Of a stretch of 32,000 nt of DNA, positions 7,354 through 13,845 are shown piece after piece. Origin of the DNA: Caldimicrobium thiodismutans (GTDB taxonomy: Bacteria; Desulfobacterota; Thermodesulfobacteria; Thermodesulfobacteriales; Thermodesulfobacteriaceae); assembly GCF_001548275.1 (NCBI RefSeq), contig NZ_AP014945.1, positions 240,001 through 272,000 of the forward strand, given 5' to 3'. Each line of letters opens with the position of its first letter. The stretch's first letter is position 1. The position numbers and the translations under genes were made by a program. A model generated the notes under the pieces. It ran no database searches. It saw nothing but the letters and a program-made list of their open reading frames with translations, and was not told where the DNA came from.

Positions 7354-8075
7354 AAAGAAATAATCAAGACCATAAAGCCTTTGTTAAAGCAAAGTTTGAT
7401 CGCATTGTAAGGCGTTATGATCTTGTAAATTCCTTAGGGAGTTTTTATCAGGATTATTTCTGGAGAAAAGCGGTAGCCAAACTCTTTAAAGAGGTAGAGG
7501 GGCCTTTTTTGGATCTATGCTCTGGCCCTTTTACCCTTAGTTTTGAAATCTTAAAAGTAAATCCCTCTAAGCTTTTTGCCTTAGATCTGAGTTTTGAGAT
7601 GCTCCTTTATGGCAAAAGTAAGGTTTCTCCTTTGCAAAAGTATATTTATCCCATAAGAGGTGATGCTGAGAGGCTTCCCTTTAAAGAGGAGACCTTTGGA
7701 GCTATTAGCATTGCCTTTGGACTGAGAAATCTTCCTGACAGGGCAAAGGCCCTCCAAGAATTCTACAGGGTGTTAAAACCAGGAGGACTTCTTGTGATTC
7801 TTGAGTTCTCAAAGCCAAAAAATTTTCTTTTTAGGTATCCCTATCTTCTTTATCTTAAATATGGGTTATCCTTTATAGGAGGCCTCCTCACCGGGGATAA
7901 GGAAGCCTATCAGTATCTGGCAAGTTCAATTGAGAAATTCCCACCTGTTGAGGAGATTCATAAACTCCTTGAAAAAAATGGCTTTAAAAGGCTCCTTTTA
8001 AAATCCCTTACCTTAGGGGTAGTAACCCTTTATGCTTATATAAAAGAAGATTTACCCTTCCTCAAGGGGTTTTAA
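7350..8075 (+). CDS. ubiE: Demethylmenaquinone / ubiquinone C-methyltransferase (UbiE/MenG)
   Basis: YD..N, GDAERLPF...F..ISIAFGLRN.PD...AL.EFYRVLKPGG.LVILEFSKP. It overlaps mqnA by ATGA. Confidence 0.88.
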   Translation: MKRNNQDHKAFVKAKFDRIVRRYDLVNSLGSFYQDYFWRKAVAKLFKEVEGPFLDLCSGPFTLSFEILKVNPSKLFALDLSFEMLLYGKSKVSPLQKYIYPIRGDAERLPFKEETFGAISIAFGLRNLPDRAKALQEFYRVLKPGGLLVILEFSKPKNFLFRYPYLLYLKYGLSFIGGLLTGDKEAYQYLASSIEKFPPVEEIHKLLEKNGFKRLLLKSLTLGVVTLYAYIKEDLPFLKGF

Positions 8076-10076
8076 CACAAAGAGGAGCTGACCCTCTTCT
8101 ACCATCTGATTCAGCTTTATACAAACTTCTACTACCTGGGCATCAAAGGGTGCCAGAATGGGGTTTTCCATCTTCATGGACTCAAGATTAGCTATTTCTT
8201 CACCTTTATGCACAATGTCTCCGGGTTTTATAGCTCCCCTTTTGGGATTTCCTATTCTCCAAACAGTTCCACTAATGGGAGCACCTATCTCATTTGGTTT
8301 CATAGCCTTTTTAACCTCAGCTTTTTTAGCCCGTGGAGTTCTCACCTCAAAGACCCTTGTTTTATTATTAACCTTGAGAACCACATGAATAATACCCTCG
8401 TTTTCACTTCCAATGGAGACAAGTTCTATGCTATAGGGTTTACCATCTAATTCAAACTCAACTTTATCTCCTGGTTTGGCAAGGCCCTCTCTCCAGACCT
8501 TGGTCGGAAGAACCAGAGGGGCAAAACCATATTTTTCACGAAATCTGATATAATCAATGGCATCCTTTGGATGCATAAGATAAAGAATAAATTCCTCTTC
8601 AGTAACAGGTCTTCCAAGTTCATCTTCCAGTTGTTTCCTTAAGTGATTTAAATCCTCATCAGGGATATTTTCAAGGGCGGAGGTATCTTTTCTCTCCTTG
8701 ATTTTTTCTTCCCAGGCCTCTCCAAAGGCAGACCGATAGACCCATTCATCAGGCCAACCCACAGGTAGTTTCCCATAATGGCCAAGAATAAGGTTTTTAA
8801 AGTCTCCAGGCGCTTGTCTGAAGAGCTGTAATAATTCCTCCTGTTCTTCAGGGGTCATAGCAGAGAATTCTTGATTTTTCTCCTCCACAAACTTTCGCAA
8901 AAGATTGATTACCCTCTGCACCCCTTCTTCTCCATATTCTTTATGATAGCGATTGACAATTCCAGAGCAGGTTACCCAGGTGATTTGAGAGCCAGGGGTC
9001 ACATCAAAATACTTTACAATTTGATTGTAAAGGCTCATGACCTGCAAAATTGCAGGCATGAGATGAAGAAATCCACCTTTTTCAGCTTGTTCAAAGGAGC
9101 TTGGGAAAGCTCCTCCTGGCATCTTGTGCCGGGTAACCATATGGTCAAAACCTTTAAAAGGAGATTCAGCCCATTCATAGTCTCTTATCCATTCTCTAAC
9201 TTTTTCCACTGCAAGCTCAGCCATCTTCCTGTTAAGGTTTACTGGGATACCTTCTTCTCTAAGGGCTGCTTCAACGGAAAGGATAGGGGAATGACCATAA
9301 AATCTGCAGAGGGTATCTTCTTGAGCATCAAGAATTTTAGCTCCAGCCTTGGCTGCAGATACAAGCACCGGTATAGCCAGCCCATCTGTTATGTGGCGAT
9401 GGTAGTTTATAATTAGATCAGGATACCTATCTTTGATAGCTGAGATCAACTCAGAAACACTTTTGGATGTCCCTACACCTGCCATGTCCTTTATGCAAAG
9501 GATTATCTCATCTACCCCTCCACAGAGGTCAACAATCTCATCTACTACTTTAAGGTAATATTTTGTATCAAACCAGGGGGCAACTGTATAAGAGATAGCG
9601 GGTTCAAAGAGCCTGCCTCGTTTCATCACCACTTCTGCAACTATCCGCATGTTTCGCACATCATTTAAAAATGAAAAACACCTCCAGACATCAATATCTA
9701 CCCTCTCTACTACATATTCAATAATGTTTTTTGGATAGGGCCTATAACCAAACATATTAGTTTCACGAATAAGGGTCTGAAGAAGCACATTGGGCATAAG
9801 CTCCCTTAAGATGTCTATTTCTTCAAAGGGACTTTCCCTGCGATTCATGATTCCTACATGCCATCTTGCCCCTCCATGACACTCTGCGGCAAAAAGCCCC
9901 ATTTCATTGTAATAGGGAGCTAAGGTCTTAAGATCAAAGATTCTTAAACGATTTTTATAATCCGATTGTCCTGCATCTCTCATCCCCACAGATACTAAGG
10001 AAACCCCGGGTAGCTCCCTTACTTTTTGCACTATTTCTCTTGGACTCATGCCGGGTTTAACAAAGACATATCCCAT
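8052..10076 (-). CDS. Biotin-dependent carboxylase, carboxyltransferase plus biotinyl-carrier subunit (PycB/OadA-like; candidate 2-oxoglutarate carboxylase large subunit)
   Basis: TIM-barrel carboxyltransferase motifs MRDAGQS, IKDMAG and HRHITDG are present. The C-terminal biotinyl domain has ..ESMKMEN.. The SD AAGGAGG precedes the ATG. At 674 aa the N-terminal motifs diverge from canonical PycB (DTTLRDAHQS, WGGATFD). Confidence 0.85.
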   Translation of the reverse strand: MGYVFVKPGMSPREIVQKVRELPGVSLVSVGMRDAGQSDYKNRLRIFDLKTLAPYYNEMGLFAAECHGGARWHVGIMNRRESPFEEIDILRELMPNVLLQTLIRETNMFGYRPYPKNIIEYVVERVDIDVWRCFSFLNDVRNMRIVAEVVMKRGRLFEPAISYTVAPWFDTKYYLKVVDEIVDLCGGVDEIILCIKDMAGVGTSKSVSELISAIKDRYPDLIINYHRHITDGLAIPVLVSAAKAGAKILDAQEDTLCRFYGHSPILSVEAALREEGIPVNLNRKMAELAVEKVREWIRDYEWAESPFKGFDHMVTRHKMPGGAFPSSFEQAEKGGFLHLMPAILQVMSLYNQIVKYFDVTPGSQITWVTCSGIVNRYHKEYGEEGVQRVINLLRKFVEEKNQEFSAMTPEEQEELLQLFRQAPGDFKNLILGHYGKLPVGWPDEWVYRSAFGEAWEEKIKERKDTSALENIPDEDLNHLRKQLEDELGRPVTEEEFILYLMHPKDAIDYIRFREKYGFAPLVLPTKVWREGLAKPGDKVEFELDGKPYSIELVSIGSENEGIIHVVLKVNNKTRVFEVRTPRAKKAEVKKAMKPNEIGAPISGTVWRIGNPKRGAIKPGDIVHKGEEIANLESMKMENPILAPFDAQVVEVCIKLNQMVEEGQLLFVLKPLEEG

Positions 10077-10104
10077 AAAGACCTCCTTAGGTTCTTTTTA
10101 AACT

Positions 10105-11568
10105 TTACATCCAGGGCTGAGGCCCAAGGGCAGATATCTCAGCTACATATTGGGCAATCTTGAGGGCCTCATCATCAGAAGTCTTTTCTCTAAAGGCAGA
10201 GATAAGTTCCTGATAGTATTCCTCAATAAAGCGCGTGGAAAAATTTCCTTCTATAAATTTAGGATGCCTGATTATGCTGAGAAGAAGCGGGGCAATGGTC
10301 TTAATACCCTCTACTCTTAAGCCTCTACTCAGGGCTCTATCCATAACTCTTAAGGCCTCAGTTCTGTCTGCCCCTGCAGACATAAGGAGCATAATCAGGG
10401 AATCATAATAAGGAGGCACATCAGCTCCTTCATAAACTCCCGAGGCAACTCTAATTCCAGGCCCAAGGGGAATTTCCAAGCGGGTTATAGTTCCAAAGGA
10501 GGGGTTAAAGGTGCGGGGATCCTCAGCATTAATACGGACTTCAATTGCGTGCCGATTAGGATAAATATCCTCTTGAGTGAAGGGCAGTTTCTTCCCCTGA
10601 GCAATATCAAACATAAGACTTACAATATCAAGACCGGTGATAAGTTCTGTTACACCATGTTCAACCTGAAGACGGGTATTTACCTCAAGAAAATAGAACT
10701 TTCTGGTCTTTGGGTCAAGAAGAAATTCAACGGTTCCTGCAGAATAATACCCAAGCTCTCTGGCCAGTCTTACTGCGGTAAAGCAGATCTCCTGTCTAAG
10801 GTTATCATCTATACTTGGAGAAGGAGCTTCCTCTAAAATCTTTTGGTTTCTCCTCTGAATAGTGCACTCTCTTTCAAAGAGGTGCACCACATTGCCAAAT
10901 TTATCTCCCAGAATCTGAACCTCAATATGTCTTCCCTTTTCAATGTATTTTTCCACTAAGAGGGTATCATCACCAAAGGCCTTTTTTGCTTCAGACCGAG
11001 CCCTTTCAAAGGCAACAGGAATCTCCTCTGCTGAATCCACTCTTACCATTCCCTTTCCCCCGCCTCCGGCAGCTGCCTTTATAAGGATAGGGAAGATAAC
11101 CTCCTCTTCTCGCATCCATTTTAAAATATCCTCTGGACTTTGAACATTTAACATACCTGGTATGGTTGGGACATTGGCTTTTTGAGCAATTTTTTTGGCT
11201 CGAATTTTGTCTCCCATCAGGCGAATAACCTGAGGAGGTGGGCCAACCCAGATAAGCCCGGCAGATTCAACCATCTCTGCAAAGGCAGGATTTTCAGCTA
11301 AGAATCCCCAGCCAGGATGGATGGCCTGGCATTTCTTCTCTGTGGCAGCTTTGATAATTTTTTCCATGTTGAGGTAAGAATCAAGAGGGGGAGCCTCTCC
11401 GATATGCACTGCTTCATCCGCTAAAAAGACATGATAGGCCAATCTATCAGGGGTGCTGTATATGGCAACAGTCTTAATTTTCTTGTCCCGACAGGTATTC
11501 ATAATCCTTACTGCAGGCACTCCCCTATTGGCAATTAAGACCTTCCGAATGTCCTGTTCTAAAGCCAT
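10105..11568 (-). CDS. Biotin carboxylase subunit (PycA/AccC-like, ATP-grasp)
   Basis: LIANRG..A.R, a GGGGKGM glycine loop, EVNTRLQVEHGVTE, and the SD AAGGGGGA. Length is 487 aa. It lies directly upstream of the carboxyltransferase/BCCP subunit. Confidence 0.9.
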   Translation of the reverse strand: MALEQDIRKVLIANRGVPAVRIMNTCRDKKIKTVAIYSTPDRLAYHVFLADEAVHIGEAPPLDSYLNMEKIIKAATEKKCQAIHPGWGFLAENPAFAEMVESAGLIWVGPPPQVIRLMGDKIRAKKIAQKANVPTIPGMLNVQSPEDILKWMREEEVIFPILIKAAAGGGGKGMVRVDSAEEIPVAFERARSEAKKAFGDDTLLVEKYIEKGRHIEVQILGDKFGNVVHLFERECTIQRRNQKILEEAPSPSIDDNLRQEICFTAVRLARELGYYSAGTVEFLLDPKTRKFYFLEVNTRLQVEHGVTELITGLDIVSLMFDIAQGKKLPFTQEDIYPNRHAIEVRINAEDPRTFNPSFGTITRLEIPLGPGIRVASGVYEGADVPPYYDSLIMLLMSAGADRTEALRVMDRALSRGLRVEGIKTIAPLLLSIIRHPKFIEGNFSTRFIEEYYQELISAFREKTSDDEALKIAQYVAEISALGPQPWM

Positions 11569-11596
11569 AGTTTCCCCCTTCGGATCTTTTAAATCA

Positions 11597-11625
11597 AAAA
11601 TAACGAATTAAATGACACTTGTCAA
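11597..11625 (-). promoter_or_regulatory. Putative sigma70-type promoter of the biotin carboxylase operon
   Basis: On the minus strand: TTGACA (11625-11620), a 17-nt spacer, then TATTTT (11602-11597). This is about 28 nt upstream of the ATG at 11568. Confidence 0.45.
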
Positions 11626-11630
11626 TACAT

Positions 11631-11840
11631 ATATATGCGTCCAAATCTTTTGAGACTCTATAGGATTTTTTCTTAGGGCGAAACACAAATTAAATCTCTC
11701 CACATACCCATTCCCCTTTGGAAAGAAAGGATATATAATCTGCAAAATCTTTCCTTAAGTAGGGGTTTAAAATTTTAAACCCCTACATGGGGCTTTTTTA
11801 CCACCCTTCCTTTTTCTTGTAAGAATCTTAACCTATGCAT
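11631..11840 (+). repeat. Intergenic mosaic repeat, copy A
   Basis: Module 1 ATCTTTTGAGAC is at 11645-11656. Module 2 CCCTTCCTTTTTCTTGTAAG is at 11804-11823 and is 20/20 identical to 31014-31033. Its palindromic core TTCTTGTAAGAA is at 11814-11825. The TAGGGG..CCCCTA hairpin (11759-11786) lies between the two modules. Confidence 0.8.
11759..11786 (+). other. Perfect 14-bp-arm palindrome / RNA hairpin, followed by a CCCC..GGGG mini-stem and a T-run
   Basis: GTAGGGGTTTAAAA/TTTTAAACCCCTAC is at 11759-11786. It is followed by ATGGGGCTTTTTTA (T-run 11794-11799). Confidence 0.6.
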
Positions 11841-11913
11841 TTTTTTTTGTTAGCTTGTTAAGGTAAGTTCTACAGGGCTGGAATTTTTTGTTAATATTGT
11901 TAAAATTTAAATT

Positions 11914-12138
11914 ATGCAGGAGCTCTCAGGTTTGGGTAAATTTCTAATTCTCTTTGGAATAATTTTTATAGCCCTTGGGCTTTTATTGCTTTTGCTTCCT
12001 AAAATCCCCTTTCTGGGAAGACTTCCAGGGGACATCTATATAAAGCGTGATAGCTTTACCTTTTATTTTCCCCTTGGAACTTCCATTCTTTTAAGTATCC
12101 TTTTAACCCTTCTTTTAAATCTCCTTTTCAGAAAGTAA
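11914..12138 (+). CDS. DUF2905-family small membrane protein
   Basis: 74 aa with two TM segments flanking the signature P.LGRLPGDIYIKRD.FTFYFP. Confidence 0.8.
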   Translation: MQELSGLGKFLILFGIIFIALGLLLLLLPKIPFLGRLPGDIYIKRDSFTFYFPLGTSILLSILLTLLLNLLFRK

Positions 12139-13492
12139 GAGCTTTATACACATACCAATATTTTCCTTTTTTGTAAGGATCAGGTAAGACAAGTTCTTGT
12201 CTGGCAAAATTCAGTTCTACAGGGGAGAGAACATAATGTCCTTGCTTTAAGATCTCTTTAGCCTCTTCTTCCTGTTTGATAATAGCAAGAGGTTTTTGCA
12301 AAATAAAAATAGCAAGGGGATGAGCTTGTTGATAAAAGAGGTAATCCTTTTTTGGATTAAGGTTTTCTATCCATAGAGATGTGTTTGTTTTTAAGTCTTT
12401 AAGAGGAAAATAGGTGGCAAGGGTAACTATCAAAAGATTCAGAAATAAGATTATACCCACAAATCTAATTAAAAATTTTTGGGAATATATTTTTAAAAGA
12501 ATTTCAACAAAAAAGAGAGAGGCAATGGGATAGAGATATAGCAGATATTTGTCAAATTTTGAGCCTGTAAAACTTAAAAGTAAAAGAGGGATAAAAAGGG
12601 AAGAAAAATAAAGGGATAAAGGATGTGCTTTTAATTGGATGAGGTGATTTTTCCAGAGATGTTTAATTTTTATGAAAAGGAGCAGGAAATAGGGAAAAAA
12701 ATTTAAAAAAAGGGCCTTAAAATAGTAATAAAAGGGGTCCTTTGGGGAGGCGAGTCTTTCAGATATATCTGTATGTAAAAATTCTTGAAAGATATGGAAG
12801 CCAAATTTCAGATATCCATATAGATACCAGGGAAAAATGAGGAGTAAAAATAATCCCCAGCCTACGGGAGAGAAAAGTAATCTGAATAGGGGTTTATTTT
12901 TGGTGAAAAGGGCCAAAAGCGCAAGGGCAGGAAGAAGAAAAAAGTGCAGAGGTCCCCGAATTAAAAAAGCTAAGGCCAAGCCTGTGTAAAAGGCAAGGGA
13001 TAATTTTTGAGAGGGCCTTTCAAGATACCTTTGAAGAAAATAAAAACTCAGAGTTGTAAAGAAGATAAAAAGGGGTTCAAGGTCAATGCGGTAAATAAAA
13101 CTTAAAAAACGAAAAGCTGAAAATAAAATAGAGAGGCAAAGGATGGATTTAAGCAGATTTTTATGGCAAAGTAAGTATATAAGATATGCTGTAAAAAGAT
13201 AACTTAAAAAAGAAGGTAGTCTTAAAAAAAAGATTTCTTGTTTAAAGAGGTTTCCCAGAGCATAAAAAGGAAGAGATAGCCAGGTATGAAGGGGAGGTTT
13301 AGTAAAATAGGGCTCTCCATTGAGGAGAGGGATTAAAGATTTAAATAGATAGGTCTCCTGAATAATAATTGCTCTTCTTGCCTCCTGATAAGAAAGGAGG
13401 GGTAAGAAGAAGGAAAGGAGAAACAGGAAGAAAAAAACGGCCAAAAGAAGATAAAATAACCAGGCCTCTGAGCTAAATCTTTCAGTTTTCAT
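12128..13492 (-). CDS. Glycosyltransferase family 39 (ArnT/PMT-like) polytopic membrane protein
   Basis: More than 10 predicted TM helices. The N-terminal loop has QEARRAIIIQE and TKPPLHTWL, which is ArnT/PMT_2-like. I place the start at ATG 13492. The TTG at 13507 given by the ORF track lies inside or upstream of a TTGCAA-16-TAATAT promoter (13537-13510). Confidence 0.7.
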   Translation of the reverse strand: MKTERFSSEAWLFYLLLAVFFFLFLLSFFLPLLSYQEARRAIIIQETYLFKSLIPLLNGEPYFTKPPLHTWLSLPFYALGNLFKQEIFFLRLPSFLSYLFTAYLIYLLCHKNLLKSILCLSILFSAFRFLSFIYRIDLEPLFIFFTTLSFYFLQRYLERPSQKLSLAFYTGLALAFLIRGPLHFFLLPALALLALFTKNKPLFRLLFSPVGWGLFLLLIFPWYLYGYLKFGFHIFQEFLHTDISERLASPKDPFYYYFKALFLNFFPYFLLLFIKIKHLWKNHLIQLKAHPLSLYFSSLFIPLLLLSFTGSKFDKYLLYLYPIASLFFVEILLKIYSQKFLIRFVGIILFLNLLIVTLATYFPLKDLKTNTSLWIENLNPKKDYLFYQQAHPLAIFILQKPLAIIKQEEEAKEILKQGHYVLSPVELNFARQELVLPDPYKKGKYWYVYKALTF

Positions 13493-13560
13493 AAAATTGT
13501 TGACCAATTATATTATACTCTTTTAATCACTTTGCAAAGATCCTTTCTGTTGGTTCAATG

Positions 13561-13586
13561 TAGGGGCAAAGAATTATTTGCCCCTA
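13561..13586. other. 10-bp-stem hairpin TAGGGGCAAA-GAATTA-TTTGCCCCTA
   Basis: A perfect inverted repeat. It shares TAGGGG..CCCCTACAT with the copy-A hairpin when read on the minus strand. No T-run follows on either strand. Confidence 0.6.
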
Positions 13587-13618
13587 TCGGGGGATTTACA
13601 ACATCCCTACAGGTAAGG

Positions 13619-13705
13619 CTTTACAGGTTAATATTACAAGAATAATCCAATTTATCTGCCCAAAAATGGGTAGATTTAGGTCTCAAAAGATAAGGACATA
13701 TACAT
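13619..13705 (-). repeat. Intergenic mosaic repeat, copy B (inverted orientation, more diverged)
   Basis: GTCTCAAAAGAT is on the plus strand at 13680-13691 (reverse complement of module 1). The module 2 remnant TTCTTGTAAtatTAACCT is on the minus strand (core 13642-13633). Confidence 0.7.
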
Positions 13706-13709
13706 ATCC

Positions 13710-13738
13710 TTGCCAAACTTTAAAAAGAAGTTAATATT
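13710..13738 (+). promoter_or_regulatory. Putative promoter of tRNA-Leu
   Basis: TTGCCA (13710-13715), a 17-nt spacer, then AATATT (13733-13738). The tRNA 5' end is at 13748. Confidence 0.45.
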
Positions 13739-13747
13739 TAATAAAAC

Positions 13748-13831
13748 GCCGAGGTGGCGGAATAGGCAGACGCGCTGGATTCAGGATCCAGTGGAGGCAA
13801 CTCCGTGCGGGTTCAACTCCCGCCCTCGGCA
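13748..13831 (+). tRNA. tRNA-Leu (anticodon CAG), class II with a long variable arm; CCA not encoded
   Basis: Acceptor stem GCCGAGG/CCTCGGC. Anticodon stem CTGGA/TCCAG with loop TTCAGGA. Variable arm TGGAGGCAACTCCGT. T-arm GCGGG-TTCAACT-CCCGC. Discriminator A at 13831. Confidence 0.93.
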
Positions 13832-13845
13832 CTTTAATTATTCTC

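Noticed and set aside
11636-11677. Conserved mini-ORF starting in module 1: ATG CGT CCA AAT CTT TTG AGA CTC (MRPNLLRL..) at 11636, and ATG CAC CCA TAT CTT TTG AGA CTT (MHPYLLRL..) at 30974.
   Set aside because: Copy B has ATA at the corresponding position, and its nearby ATG is in another frame. The peptides diverge and terminate at different lengths. No SD is present. The segment lies upstream of the -35 of the oppositely oriented promoters. The conservation is better explained at the DNA level.
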